Shown in pieces: positions 30,429-41,985 of a DNA stretch of 64,000 nt. Origin of the DNA: an uncultured Actinomycetota bacterium (GTDB lineage: Bacteria; Actinomycetota; UBA4738; HRBIN12); the NCBI GenBank assembly GCA_963784055.1, contig CAWAPY010000014.1, forward strand, positions 395,634-459,633, in the 5' to 3' direction. The stretch's first letter is position 1. Every line of letters begins with the position of its first letter. Below the pieces are notes generated by a model. It had not been told where the DNA came from and ran no database searches. It was given only the letters and a program-made list of their open reading frames with translations. The position numbers and the translations under genes are program-made.

Positions 30429-32961
30429 GCCTCGGTCACCTCCGCCAACAGCGATCCGAGGTCAAGCTCCCGCCCCGCGGCCCACGCCGCCTCGACCTCC
30501 TCGGATGACGTCGCTCGAGCCAGCCGTTGCTCGGCCCACCCGCGCACGAATGCCTCGTCCTCGTCCGGCGTGAGCTCCGCGCGTCCTCGCGCCGCCTCCG
30601 TCCCCCCGAGGAGCATCGCTGCGCGCCTCGCGTCGCCCTCCTCGACGGCCGCAGCCGCGGCCAGCTCGAGGCTGTAGATCATCAACGGGTCGTCGGCGAT
30701 CTGGGAGGAGCGCAGCGCGGCCGTGCGCGCCGGCCCGGCCGCCTCGCCCGGCCGATCCAGCCGGATCGAGGTCTCCGCCATCATCGCCAGGGTCGTCGCC
30801 TCGCAGCGGCTCTGGCCTCGCGCGCGCACGAACACGAGGTTCTCCCGGAGGAGTTCCTCCGCGCGCTCGTGGCGGGCGGTGTGGTTCGCGATCGTGGCCA
30901 GGTTCAGCCGGCACGACGACGTCCGAACGCCGTTGCCGATCTCGATCGCCAGGCCCAGCAGCTCTTCGTAGAGCGGCTCCGCGGCGGCGAAGTCGTCCCG
31001 GAGCAAGGCGGCCAGCGCCTGCCCGCGCAACCGTTCGACCCGGCCGGTCGCGCCGCCGAGCTCCGTCGCGAGATCGGCCGCCTCATCGGCCGCCTCGACG
31101 GCGACGACGTGGTCGCCCTGCAACGAGGCGATCGTGGCGAGGCCCGAGAGCAGCCGCCTGCGGAGATCGTCCTTCCTCGGATCGAGGTCGAGGGCTCGAT
31201 CCAGCCACGATCGGGCCTCCGCGAGCCGCCCGCGCATGATCCAGTACATCGGCAGCGCGGCGACGATCGAGCGCACGAGATCCCCGTCGTCATCCTCCAG
31301 CCCGAACGCGAGGGCGCTCCAGAGGTTCCCGATCTCGGCCTCGAGCGCGGCCACGTGGATCTCCTCCGGGTCGCCGCCCCGTAGCCCCGACTCCGCCGAC
31401 GCCGCGAGGTCTCGGTACCAGGCCGCATGCCGCCCACGGAGCTGGTGGAGCTCTCGCGCCTCTCCGGCACGCTCGGCGGCGAACTCGCGGATCGACTCCA
31501 GCATCCAGAAGCGCGGCTCGCCGAGCTCGTCGCGTCGCTGGACCAGCGCCTTGTCGAGGAGCGCCTGCAGTGTGTCGACGTCCCCGTCGGCCACCGCCTC
31601 AACCGCGGGGAGGGTCGCGCCGCCCGCGAAGACGCTGAGGCGCCGGAAGAGCTCCCGTTCCTCGTCCGACAGGAGATCGTGGCTCCAGGCGATCGTGCTC
31701 CGGAGCGTGCGCTGGCGAGGGTCGGCGTCGCGGTCCCCAACGAGAGATCAGAGGAGATGTCGAGCCGGGACGAGAGCCGCTCGAGGAGCTGCTCGACCGA
31801 GAAGAGGCGGAGCCGCGCGGCCGCGAGCTGCAACGCGAGCGGGAGCCGGTCGAGACGATCGACGAGGGTCGTCAGCGTGGAGGAAGGTTCCAGCGACGAA
31901 CCGAGTGCCCGGGCTCGCCCGAGGAAGAACGCCTCGGCGTCGTGCGGGGTCATCACCGGGACGTCGTAGATCCGCTCGCCGGTCAGCTGGAGACGCTCGC
32001 GGCTGGTGACGAGCAGGACGAGGCTGGGGGCCGACCCGAGGAGCGACGCGAGGCGATCGCCGAGGTCCGGCAACAGGTGCTCGGCGTTGTCGAGCAGGAC
32101 GAGGTCCGCCGTCCCTGCAGCTGTCGCTCGATCGCGGCACCGAGACCGGCTTCCGCCACCCCCTTCGATCGCGAACATCTCCGCGATCTCCGTCTCCGCG
32201 GCGAGCCCATCACGCAGGGGAGCGAGGGCAACCCACCGGAGGCCTCCCGGGAACGACGCCGAGACCTCGTTCGCGGCCTGGATCGCGAGCCGCGTCTTCC
32301 CGATCCCGCCGGGCCCGACGATCGTCAGCAGACGGGTCGCGGGATCCGCGAGGAGGTCCGTGACCTCGGCCAGCTCCGGGCTCCGTCCGACGAAGGGCGT
32401 CGTCGGGACCGGGAGGTTCGAGGGCGACACCGTCTTGAGTGGCGGGAACGGGCGATCGCCGAGCTGGTACAGCCGCTCCGGTACCGGAAGATCCTTCAGA
32501 TGGTGTTCGCCGAGGTCGACGAGCGCCCGATCGCCGATCGCCGAGGCGGTCGTCGCCGACACCAACACCTGCCCTCCGTGACCTACGGCGGCGATGCGTG
32601 CCGCCCGATGGACGTCGACGCCGACGTAGCCCTCGTCCGTCGCGAGCGGGTACCCCGTGTGGATGCCGATCCGCACGCGAACCGGCCCGGGCTCGAGCGC
32701 CTCACCGGCGGCACCGGCCGCGTCGATCGCGCCGGTGGCCGAGGGGAACGCGACGAAGAACGCGTCCCCCTGCGTGTCGACCTCAACCCCGCCGTGGCGA
32801 GTGAAGGCGTCGCGGAGGAGACGGCGATGCTCCGCGAGGACCTCCGCGTACGCTGCATCCCCCAGTTCGTGGAGGAGCCTCGTGGAGCCTTCGACGTCCG
32901 TGAAGAGGAACGTGACGGTTCCGGTGGGCAAGTCCGTTCGTGCCACGACGCGCGCGAGCAT
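30425..32961 (-). CDS. class-III adenylate/guanylate cyclase - STAND (NB-ARC/AAA) ATPase - TPR regulator (about 3 apparent frame changes)
   Basis: The N-terminus is GTVTFLFTDVEGSTRLL...VDTQGDAFFVAFPS...VRIGIHTG...VHRAARI (cyclase catalytic domain). Then comes LLTIVGPGGIGKTRLA (P-loop), LVLLDNAEHLL and LLVTSRE. In the 30425..31594 frame there is a TPR-like helical region. An alternative start lies at 33009. Confidence 0.8.
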
Positions 32962-33023
32962 ACGCTCGTCGAGCCACCGGGGCTGACCTGCCGACCCAGC
33001 TCGTGGCACGATGAGCCCTGGGG

Positions 33024-34106
33024 GTGATCGGGATGGTCCAGAACGACATGTCGACGTGGCAGGGGGTCACCCAGCACGAGCTCGGCCAGGCGGCTCGGAA
33101 TCACGCGATGCATCTCGAGGGGCTGCGGTACGACGTCACGCCGCCGGGGATGCACTACCTCGTGATCCACTGGGACATCCCCGCCGCGGACGAGGCGACG
33201 TGGACGGTCGACGTCGACGGGCTCGTCGACCGGCCGCTCACCCTCTCGCTCGCCGACCTCCGCGCGCGGCCCGCCGTCACGCGCCCGCTCACGATGGAGT
33301 GCGCCGGCAACGGACGCGCGCTGATGCCGCCGCGCGCGGAGAGCCAGCCGTGGCTCGACGGTGCGGTGGGCAACGCCGAGTGGACCGGCACGCCGCTGCC
33401 GCCGATCCTCGAGGAAGCCGGGATCCAACCCGGCGCCGTCGACCTCGTCTTCACCGGCGCCGACCACGGGATCCAGGGGGACGTCGAGCAGGACTACCAG
33501 TGGGGCTTCTCGCTGGCCGACATCATCCGCGACGACGTCCTCCTCGCCTACGAGATGAACGGGCAGCCGCTGCCGCCGCAGCACGGGTTCCCGGTGCGGC
33601 TGTTGGTGCCGGACTGGTACGGCATGTGCAGCGTGAAGTGGCTCACACGGATCACGGCGGTCGCGGACCCGTTCGACGGCTTCCAGCTTTCCGCGTACCA
33701 GGTGCGCCAGGAGCCGGACGGCCCCGGGGTTCCGGTGACGAGGAAAGCGGTGCGCGCACTGATGCTGCCCCCGGGGTTCTCGGACTTCCCCGCGCGGCAG
33801 CGCTTCGTCGACGCGGGACCGATCGAGCTGACCGGTCGCGCATGGTCCGGCTGGGGACACATCGCGCGGGTGGAGGTCAGCTCCGACGGGGGAGCGACGT
33901 GGGCGGACGCCGATCTCGGCCCGGCCCCGGCGTCGTCGTCGTCCTGGAGGGCCTGGTCATTCACGTGGGACGCCGTCCCCGGCGACCACGAGCTGCTCGC
34001 CCGGGCCTCGGACGACGCGGGCAACGTGCAGCCGCTCGACGGGACCTGGAACTACGGCGGGTTCATGAACAACATGGCGCAGCGGGTCTCGGTCCTCGTT
34101 CGCTGA
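33024..34106 (+). CDS. sulfite-oxidase-family molybdopterin oxidoreductase
   Basis: Intact 360-aa ORF. It carries LTMECAGNGRA (the Moco cysteine context), GNAEWTGTPL, LLAYEMNGQPLPPQHGFPVRLLVPDWYGMCSVKWL and a C-terminal dimerisation-like domain. Confidence 0.85.
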   Translation: MIGMVQNDMSTWQGVTQHELGQAARNHAMHLEGLRYDVTPPGMHYLVIHWDIPAADEATWTVDVDGLVDRPLTLSLADLRARPAVTRPLTMECAGNGRALMPPRAESQPWLDGAVGNAEWTGTPLPPILEEAGIQPGAVDLVFTGADHGIQGDVEQDYQWGFSLADIIRDDVLLAYEMNGQPLPPQHGFPVRLLVPDWYGMCSVKWLTRITAVADPFDGFQLSAYQVRQEPDGPGVPVTRKAVRALMLPPGFSDFPARQRFVDAGPIELTGRAWSGWGHIARVEVSSDGGATWADADLGPAPASSSSWRAWSFTWDAVPGDHELLARASDDAGNVQPLDGTWNYGGFMNNMAQRVSVLVR

Positions 34107-34109
34107 GCA

Positions 34110-35255
34110 TCACACGAGCGCCCGGAGCTCCTCGAAACACCGATCGATGTCGTCCTCGGTGTTGAAGAAGTGCGGGCTGATCCGCAGCCCGTCGCCTCGG
34201 TAGTCGGTGCAGACGTCGCGAGCGAGCAGCTGGTGGCAGATCTGCTCGGCGTCCGGACCGACCCGCACGTTCACGACGCCGCCCCGCGCGTCGCGATCGC
34301 GCGGCGTGCGCACCTCGAGGCCCGCTTCGTCCGCGCGGACGATGACGTGCTCGGAGAGCTCGCCGTTCCGCGCCCGGATCGCGGCCGGCCCCACCTCCGA
34401 GATGATGTCGATCCCGCCCTGCGCGATGAAGAACACCGGGGCCGGCGGCGTGCCGTGCTCCAGACGGCGGGCCGTCGGGTGGTAGTCGAGATGCTCCACA
34501 TCGAAGGCGAACGGCTCGCGTTGAGCGAACCACCCGGTGATGGTGGGCTCGAGCGAGGGGAGAAGTTCGCGCCGCGCGTAGAGGAACACGAGCCCGGGCC
34601 CACCCAGCATCCACTTGAGCACGCCGGCCGTGTAGAGATCGCACCCGAGGTCGTGCAGGTCCAGCGGGACGATCCCGAGTCCGTGGTAGTCGTCCACGAA
34701 CGAGAGGGCGCCCCGATCGCGGGCGATCGCGCAGACGGCCTTGGCGTCCACGATCGCGCTGGACCGGTAGAGGACCCGATTCACCATGACGAGCGCGGTC
34801 CGCTCGTCGATCGCCCGGTCGTACTCCTCCAGCGGGATCGTCAGGCCGTCGGGACTGCGCAGCCATCGGATCTCGGCGCCCGCCTTCCGTGCCCACGCGA
34901 TCCAGACCTGGCCATCGGTGGGGAAGTCGAGCTCGGACAGGATCACGGTCCGGCGTTCGCCGGACAGGTCGAGGCAGGACGCGATCGTCGACAGCGCGAT
35001 CGAGATGTTCGTGGTGAGCGCCACCTCGTCGGGTTCGCAGCCTGCGAGCGCGGAGAACGAGCGCTTGAGCGCCGCCATCCGAGGGAAGATGTGCTCGAAC
35101 CAGACCGGGTCGGGCGCACCCTTGGACCCCCAGGCGTCGAGGTACTCCTCGAGGTAGGCCCTCGACCGCCGGGAGACGGGACCCAGTGACGCGCTGATCA
35201 GGTACGCCTTCCGCTCCAGCACCGGGAACTCGTCCCGCCAGACGGTGAGGTCCAC
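34110..35255 (-). CDS. class-V aminotransferase-fold PLP enzyme (cysteine desulfurase/kynureninase-like)
   Basis: A GTG start at 35255 shares one base with the upstream gene's TAG. It carries YLISASLGPVS, FVDDYHGLGIVPLD and YTAGVLKWMLGGPG (PLP-lysine context). The 382 aa are intact. Confidence 0.78.
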   Translation of the reverse strand: MDLTVWRDEFPVLERKAYLISASLGPVSRRSRAYLEEYLDAWGSKGAPDPVWFEHIFPRMAALKRSFSALAGCEPDEVALTTNISIALSTIASCLDLSGERRTVILSELDFPTDGQVWIAWARKAGAEIRWLRSPDGLTIPLEEYDRAIDERTALVMVNRVLYRSSAIVDAKAVCAIARDRGALSFVDDYHGLGIVPLDLHDLGCDLYTAGVLKWMLGGPGLVFLYARRELLPSLEPTITGWFAQREPFAFDVEHLDYHPTARRLEHGTPPAPVFFIAQGGIDIISEVGPAAIRARNGELSEHVIVRADEAGLEVRTPRDRDARGGVVNVRVGPDAEQICHQLLARDVCTDYRGDGLRISPHFFNTEDDIDRCFEELRALV

Positions 35256-37111
35256 TAGCTCCTCGCCGGCATGAACCGTTCGAACCACGCCGTCGTCCGT
35301 GCCACGAGGTCGAGGTACGCGGGGAGCTTCCGCACACCGTGTCCCTCGCCCGGGTAGATCGCCACCTCGACCGGGACCCCACGCGCCCGCAGCGCCCGGG
35401 AGAACTCGATCGCCTGCCCCGGGGGCGTGCAGCGATCCTCCGTCCCCGCGGTCAGGAGCGTGGGGGTCGTGACGCGGTCCGCGAAGAAGACCGGGCTGCG
35501 CTCGCGGTACTGCGGCGCGTCGTCCTGCGGCTCGCCGCCGAGGAACCACGCGTCCCACGCACCGATGTTGCTGTTCCAGTGCTGGCTGTAGAAGTCGGTG
35601 ACGGGAGAGACCGCGACCGACGCCTTGAAGCGCTGGTCGACGACGGGGAGCCAGCACGACATGAAGCCGCCGTAGCTCCCACCGGTGACGCCGATCCGTT
35701 CCGGATCGGCGACACCACGCTCGACGAGCGCATCGACGCCCGCGAGATCGTCGCGGGCGTCCGCCCCGCCCATGTCGCCGATCACCGCTTCGAGGAACGC
35801 GCGCCCGCGTCCCGTCGACCCTCGTGGATTCGGCAGGAGGATCGCGTACCCCCGGGAGACCAACCAGGCGAAGGACGGCCGCGGGAACGACTCTTGATAC
35901 GACGACACCGGCCCGCCGTGCACCTGGAGGATCAACGGGTGCGGTCCGTCGCCCGGCGGCGTCAGCAGGAAGCCGTCGATCTCGAGGCCGTCGGGGGCGT
36001 TCCAGGTGATCCGTTCCGCTCCGCTCACCAGGCCGCGGGCATGATCGTGCCCCTCGTGGCGGAACGACGCGACCGTCCGGTCCACCCCGCCCTCCACGAC
36101 CGCCACCTCGACCGGCCGATCGAAGCTCTGTCGGACGAAGGCGAACCCGTCGACGCCGAGCGGTGCCGCGTACGGGGCCCAGGCGCCCACGGCCTCGTTC
36201 GTCGACCACGTCTCGGTCCGATCGCCGGAGACGGGATCGATGTCCCCGAACACCGTGTTCCCGCGCCGGAGCGCGGCGTACGACAGCGTGCCGTCCGCGC
36301 GCCATCCCACCCAGGTGATGTCGGCGTCCTCCATCTCGATGACCCGACGTTCGCCGCTCACTACGTCGACCACGACGGCGCGGCCGGACACCAGCTGGCG
36401 GTCGCTGCACGGCGCCTCGACCGCGGCCACGCGCGAGCCGTCGGGCGCGCCGACCGGGAGCCCGAACTGGACGTCGCTCGTGGCGAGCACGCGATCGTCG
36501 CCGGTCGCGGCATCGATCAGCACGAGCGGCGCCCTGTACCAGGCGGACTCACCGGGATCCTCCGACGCCACGGCGACGACGGCTCCGTCACCGCACCACT
36601 CGGCCTCCCAGACGTTCAGGCTCTCCCGGGAGAGCGCTCGGACCTCACCGGAGAGCGCCTCGATCACCCAGAGCCGGCGCCAGACCTGCCGGTCCTCCCA
36701 GGAGTCCACCGCGGGAACCCAATCGGGGAGGTCCTGCTCGCCGGCCAGGGCACCGGAGCCGTCCGCTCCCGCCCCGTCGGCGTGCATGCCGGCCGTCCGC
36801 ACGAGGATCCGCGAGCCGTCCGGGGACCACGCGTGCTCCTCGATCGTCCCCTCCACCTCGGGCAGGGACTCGGCCTCCCCGAGGGCGTCCGCGTCGAGCG
36901 CGTAGAGCTGCATCCGTCCCTTCTCCCGCCTGTCGGAGAGGAACGAGAGCCGGCGTCCGTCGGGCGACCATCGCGCCCCGGCGTCGTGCTCCGGCCCTGC
37001 GGTCACCTGTCTGGCGCCCGCACTCGTCGCGGCCGCGGCCGCGGGCGCGAGGCAGATCCGGCTCTTCGGCGTCCCTTCGAGCTTCTCCCAGATGGATCCG
37101 GTGAACGCCAC
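35255..37111 (-). CDS. S9-family serine peptidase (acylaminoacyl/prolyl oligopeptidase-like) with N-terminal beta-propeller
   Basis: It carries WSPDG repeats, [12 protein letters not shown] (the GxSxGG nucleophile elbow) and a C-terminal ...YPGEGHG. The same frame stays open upstream of the ATG at 37111 ([38 protein letters not shown]), so the true start may be nearer ~37200. Confidence 0.85.
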   Translation of the reverse strand: MAFTGSIWEKLEGTPKSRICLAPAAAAATSAGARQVTAGPEHDAGARWSPDGRRLSFLSDRREKGRMQLYALDADALGEAESLPEVEGTIEEHAWSPDGSRILVRTAGMHADGAGADGSGALAGEQDLPDWVPAVDSWEDRQVWRRLWVIEALSGEVRALSRESLNVWEAEWCGDGAVVAVASEDPGESAWYRAPLVLIDAATGDDRVLATSDVQFGLPVGAPDGSRVAAVEAPCSDRQLVSGRAVVVDVVSGERRVIEMEDADITWVGWRADGTLSYAALRRGNTVFGDIDPVSGDRTETWSTNEAVGAWAPYAAPLGVDGFAFVRQSFDRPVEVAVVEGGVDRTVASFRHEGHDHARGLVSGAERITWNAPDGLEIDGFLLTPPGDGPHPLILQVHGGPVSSYQESFPRPSFAWLVSRGYAILLPNPRGSTGRGRAFLEAVIGDMGGADARDDLAGVDALVERGVADPERIGVTGGSYGGFMSCWLPVVDQRFKASVAVSPVTDFYSQHWNSNIGAWDAWFLGGEPQDDAPQYRERSPVFFADRVTTPTLLTAGTEDRCTPPGQAIEFSRALRARGVPVEVAIYPGEGHGVRKLPAYLDLVARTTAWFERFMPARS

Positions 37112-37356
37112 CCAGCGCCCGTCGGGGGAGGGGCGAGGGTCGGAGGCCTCGGTGACCTTCCCGAAACCGGGCTCGTAGACCTTCCGGAAGTGCTCCTCGA
37201 TCTCCTGATACAGCGGCGACGATACGCAGGTCCCTGTCCATGGGCCGAAGGATAGGCGGGGAGGATGCGGGTCGTCGCCACGGGCGCGGATGGCCTCGGT
37301 GGAGCCCTGAACGGCCGTGGAGAGAGCGTGTCGCGACCCACCGGTACACTCGACCC

Positions 37357-40212
37357 GTGGGCTCCGAGAGACTCGTCATCCACGGCGCCCGTGAGCACAA
37401 CCTCAAGAACGTCACGCTCGACCTGCCGCGTGACCAGCTGATCGTGTTCACGGGGCTGTCAGGCTCCGGGAAGTCGTCCCTGGCCTTCGACACGATCTAC
37501 GCCGAGGGCCAGCGCCGGTACGTGGAGTCGCTCTCGTCGTACGCGCGCCAGTTCCTCGGTCAGATGGAGAAGCCCGACGTCGACTTCATCGAGGGACTGT
37601 CACCGGCCATCTCGATCGACCAGAAGTCCACCTCGCGGAACCCGCGCTCCACGGTGGGCACCATCACGGAGGTCTACGACTACCTGCGGGTCCTCTTCGC
37701 GCGCATCGGACATCCCCATTGCTACAACTGCGGGCGTCCGATCGGCAGGCAGACGCCCGACCAGATCGTGGATCAGGTCCTCCAGCTGCCCGAGGGCACC
37801 CGCTTCCAGGTCCTCGCGCCGGTGATCCGCGGTCGCAAGGGCGAGTACGAGAAGCTCCTGCAGGAGCTCGCGCGCAAGGGCTTCCCTCGAGCCCGGATCG
37901 ACGGCGAGGTGCGGGAGCTGTCGGAGTCGATCCGGCTCCCCAAGAACTTCAAGCACACGATCGAGGTCGTCGTCGACCGTCTCGTCGCCAAGCAGGGGAT
38001 CCGGCGGCGTGTCGCTGACAGCATCGAGACGGCGCTCGAGCTGGCGGAGGGGATCGCGTCGATCGCGGTGACCACCCACGAGGGCCACGAGGAGCTCCAG
38101 ACGTTCTCGCAGAAGCTCGCGTGCACGTTCTGCGGGCTGTCGTTCGACGAGCTGGCACCTCGGAACTTCTCGTTCAACTCGCCGTACGGTGCGTGCCCCA
38201 CCTGTGACGGGCTCGGCACCCGGCTCGAGGTCGACGCCGAGCTCGTCGTGCCCGACCCCACGCTCTCGATCAACGAGGGGGCGCTGGCGCCGTGGGCGAG
38301 CAACACCCTCGAGTACTGGTACCGCGTCCTCGAGTCGGTCGGCGAGGCCCACGGCTTCTCCCTCGACACGCCGTGGAAGAAGCTCCCCAAGCGGGCGCGA
38401 GAGGTCGTGCTGTTCGGATCCGACGACGAGATCCACGTCCGCTACAAGAACCGCTACGGGCGACAGCGCTCGTACTACACCAGCTACGAGGGCTTGCTCC
38501 CCAACATCGAACGGCGACACAAGGAGACGGACTCGGACGCCTCGCGCGAGAAGCTCGAGCAGTTCATGCGCGAGACGCCCTGCCGCTCGTGCAAGGGCGC
38601 CCGGCTCCGTCCCGAGACGCTCGCGGTCACGGTCGACGGCCTCCACATCTCCGCGCTCACCGACCTGTCGATCCGGAAGACGCTGTCCTTCCTCGAGTCG
38701 ATGGAGCTCTCCGAGCGCGAGGAGATGATCGCGGAGCGGTTGCTGAAGGAGATCCGCGCCCGGCTCGGCTTCCTCGTCGACGTGGGGCTCGACTACCTGA
38801 CGCTCTCCCGGCCGGCGGGCACGCTCGCGGGCGGGGAGGCGCAGCGGATCCGCCTGGCCACCCAGATCGGCTCGGGCCTGGTCGGCGTGCTCTACATCCT
38901 GGACGAGCCGTCGATCGGTCTGCACCAGCGGGACAACCGCCGGCTGCTCGACACCCTGATCCGCCTCCGCGACCTCGGGAACACGCTGATCGTGGTCGAG
39001 CACGACGAGGCCACCATCATCGAGGCCGACCACATCGTGGACATCGGCCCGCTGGCGGGGGAGCACGGCGGGCGGATCGTGTACTCGGGCGACCTGAAGG
39101 GTCTGCTCGGATCCGATGAGTCGCTCACCGGCGCGTATCTCTCGGGGAGACGGTCGATCCCCCTGCCGTCTTCACGGCGCACACCGAAACGGTGGCTCCG
39201 CCTCGAGGGCGTGCGACAGCACAACCTGAAGGACATCACGGTGAAGATCCCGCTCGGTGTGATGGTGTGCGTGACCGGCGTGAGCGGGAGCGGCAAGTCC
39301 ACCCTCGTCCAGGACGTCCTGCTCCGCGCCCTGATGCAGAAGGTGTATCGCTCGCGCGTGCTGCCGGGCAAGCACCGGCGGATGGTCGGGTGGGAAGACG
39401 TCGACAAGGTGATCGACATCGACCAGTCGCCGATCGGTCGCACGCCGCGGTCCAACCCGGCCACCTACACGGGGGTCTGGGATCACGTCCGCAAGCTCTT
39501 CGCCCAGGTACCGGAGGCGCGGCTCCGCGGCTACCAGCCCGGGCGCTTCTCCTTCAACGTTCGCGGGGGGCGGTGCGAGAACTGCGCCGGCGACGGCCAG
39601 ATCAAGATCGAGATGCACTTCCTGCCCGACGTGTACGTGACGTGCGAGGTCTGCAAGGGCCGGCGGTACAACCGCGAGACGCTCGAGGTGAAGTACAAGG
39701 GTCGCACCGTCTCCGACGTCCTCGAGATGAGCGTCGACGAAGCGCTGGAGTTCTTCCAGAACATCCCGCCGATCAAACGGCACATGCAGACGCTGTCCGA
39801 CGTCGGACTGGGCTACATCAAGCTCGGGCAGCCCGCCCCCACGCTCTCCGGAGGCGAGGCGCAGCGGATCAAGCTGTCGAGCGAGCTCCACAAACGCGCC
39901 ACCGGGAACACCGTCTACATCCTCGACGAGCCCACCACCGGTCTCCACTTCGAGGACATCAGGAAGCTCCTGCAGGTCCTCCAGCGATTGGTCGCCACCG
40001 GGAACACCGTGCTCGTGATCGAGCACAACCTCGACGTGGTGAAGACCGCGGACTGGTTGATCGACCTCGGACCGGAAGGTGGGGATCAGGGCGGCCGCAT
40101 CGTGGCCGAGGGTCCTCCGGAGGCCATCGCGGCCAGCGCCGAGTCCCACACGGGCAGGTTCCTCGAGGAGGTCCTGGGGGTCCTGCCGGTCGGCGTCGGC
40201 GCCTCTGCGTGA
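37357..40212 (+). CDS. uvrA: excinuclease ABC subunit A
   Basis: GTG at 37357. It carries [53 protein letters not shown], zinc-finger cysteines, [19 protein letters not shown], a second Walker A ([13 protein letters not shown]) and [15 protein letters not shown]. It is intact. Confidence 0.97.
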   Translation: MGSERLVIHGAREHNLKNVTLDLPRDQLIVFTGLSGSGKSSLAFDTIYAEGQRRYVESLSSYARQFLGQMEKPDVDFIEGLSPAISIDQKSTSRNPRSTVGTITEVYDYLRVLFARIGHPHCYNCGRPIGRQTPDQIVDQVLQLPEGTRFQVLAPVIRGRKGEYEKLLQELARKGFPRARIDGEVRELSESIRLPKNFKHTIEVVVDRLVAKQGIRRRVADSIETALELAEGIASIAVTTHEGHEELQTFSQKLACTFCGLSFDELAPRNFSFNSPYGACPTCDGLGTRLEVDAELVVPDPTLSINEGALAPWASNTLEYWYRVLESVGEAHGFSLDTPWKKLPKRAREVVLFGSDDEIHVRYKNRYGRQRSYYTSYEGLLPNIERRHKETDSDASREKLEQFMRETPCRSCKGARLRPETLAVTVDGLHISALTDLSIRKTLSFLESMELSEREEMIAERLLKEIRARLGFLVDVGLDYLTLSRPAGTLAGGEAQRIRLATQIGSGLVGVLYILDEPSIGLHQRDNRRLLDTLIRLRDLGNTLIVVEHDEATIIEADHIVDIGPLAGEHGGRIVYSGDLKGLLGSDESLTGAYLSGRRSIPLPSSRRTPKRWLRLEGVRQHNLKDITVKIPLGVMVCVTGVSGSGKSTLVQDVLLRALMQKVYRSRVLPGKHRRMVGWEDVDKVIDIDQSPIGRTPRSNPATYTGVWDHVRKLFAQVPEARLRGYQPGRFSFNVRGGRCENCAGDGQIKIEMHFLPDVYVTCEVCKGRRYNRETLEVKYKGRTVSDVLEMSVDEALEFFQNIPPIKRHMQTLSDVGLGYIKLGQPAPTLSGGEAQRIKLSSELHKRATGNTVYILDEPTTGLHFEDIRKLLQVLQRLVATGNTVLVIEHNLDVVKTADWLIDLGPEGGDQGGRIVAEGPPEAIAASAESHTGRFLEEVLGVLPVGVGASA

Positions 40213-40232
40213 AGGTCACAGAGCGGCTGTGG

Positions 40233-41937
40233 ATGCTTGCTAGGATGCGGCCCGTCGTGTCGAGACCGTCTCCGCGCTCCCTGGCCCTGGCCCTGGTCGT
40301 CCTCGCCGCGGCATGCGGAAGCATCCCGCCGTCGGAGGTGGAGGCCCCGCAGGGACGGCAGTTCATCCCGATGGTCCCCGATTCGATCGACGACGTCGGG
40401 TTGGCGCCGTCGGTGGCCGTCGACGCGGAGGGACTCCCCACCATCTCCTACTTCGGGTTCCCGGCGCAGCTGGAAGAAGGGGAGATCCCGATCGCGCGCC
40501 CCGTGGGTTCGCCGTTCCTCACGACCGAGGACGGCGACGACGCGGGCGCGGTGCTGTTGGTGAGCCTCACCCCCGAGCAGATCTGGAACCGCGGCGCGAT
40601 CGCCCAGCCGAGGGATACGCCGAGCGGGGTCCCCGTGCCGTTCGAGCCCGCCGCCGAGCCCTCGCTGGCGAGCCTGACGAAGGCGCGGGCCGCGGGAACC
40701 GACGTCGCGATCGCCGGCAGCGACGTCCACGCCGTCTGGACCACGGACAAGGGCGTCTGGTACGGGATCGGCCCGTCGCCGTTCGAGATCGGCGCCGTGG
40801 AGGAGACCCCCGAAGCGGGCGCGCCCTCCGTCGTGGTCGACGGCGCCGGCGCACCGATCGTCGCCTACACGATCGCCGGAGCTCCAGCCGGAGGTGCGCG
40901 TGGCCGAGCGGGTCGGAGAGAACTGGAGGGTGACGACGGTTGCCACCCTCTCCCGGTGCGGAGCGGGATGCCCGCCGGCGACGCAGCTCGCCCTCGTCGG
41001 CGGCGAACCGCTCGTGGTGACCGCCGATCCGCTCTCCGGCGACGTGATCGCGGCGCGGCGGCAGGGAGGAACCTGGACGACCGAGGTGGTGGCCACGGAC
41101 GCCACGGGCGGCGCGTCGGTTGCCACCTCGGGCGATAGGGCCGCGATCGCCTACTACACGCAGACGGGGGTGGCGCTCGCCACCGGCCGTCCCGGGTCGT
41201 GGTCGGTCGAGGAGGTCGCCTCGCTCGCGAGCGGCGGCGGAGACCCGGCCGCCGTGCCGACGCCACCGAGCACCGGTGTGGCCGTCGACCGCCGAGGGAC
41301 CGTCTGGGTCGCGTGGCAAGACGGCGATGGCATCCATCTGGCATCACAGGCAGACGGCGCGTTCGAGCAGGTCGAGCTCCCCGACACCAGCAGCGGGGTG
41401 AATCCGAGCCTGGCACTCACCGAGGACGGCTCGTCGGTCTACCTCGCCTGGTACGACGCGGACGAGGGCGATCTCCGTCTCGGCACGTACGGCGAGATCC
41501 CGGACCTGCTGATCGCCGCCCCGAGTCCTCTTCCGAGCCCGGCTGCACCGCCCACCGTTGGTACGTGCGAACCGGACGGCACGAGCCTCGACGTCACCGC
41601 GCAGGGCATCGCGTTCGACACGAACTGCCTCGCGGCCCCGGCGGATCAACCCTTCGAGATCATGTTCCGCAACGAGGACCCCGACTCTCACAACGTGGCT
41701 ATCTACACGGACAGCTCGGCGTCGGATGCGCTGTTCGAAGGGGAGGTCTTCCCGGGTCCGGACGAGCGGACGTACCAGGTCGATCCCCTCGAGGCCGGCG
41801 AGTTCTTCTTCCGGTGCGACGTTCACCCCACCCAGATGACCGGCACGTTCGTCGTTGCCGAGGAAGGTGGCGGCGGCGGGGGTGGCGGCGGTGACGGTGG
41901 TGGCGCGAACGGCAACGGTGGAGGCGGCGGGGGTTAG
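40233..41937 (+). CDS. lipoprotein with repeat-rich (propeller-like) N-terminal region, C-terminal type-1 copper (cupredoxin) domain and poly-Gly tail (one apparent frameshift ~40890)
   Basis: The signal is RSLALALVVLAAACG. A recurring motif appears: VAVDAEGLPTISYF, VVVDGAGAPIVAYT, VATSGDRAAIAYYT, VAVDRRGTVWVAWQD and LALTEDGSSVYLAWYD. The C-terminal domain FEIMFRNEDPDSHNVAIY...GEFFFRCDVHPTQMTGTFVV has His...Cys-x2-His-x3-Met copper ligands. The tail is GGGGGGGGGDGGGANGNGGGGGG. Confidence 0.75.
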
Positions 41938-41985
41938 TCGCACCTCGTACACGGCCGGGTCACCCGGCGGCGCTACGATGGGTGG

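Noticed and set aside
41860-41937. A G-rich run of GGT/GGC/GGG codons that looks like a tandem repeat.
   Set aside because: It is not a regular repeat unit or an array. It is in frame as the poly-Gly tail of the cupredoxin lipoprotein, and is noted under that finding.
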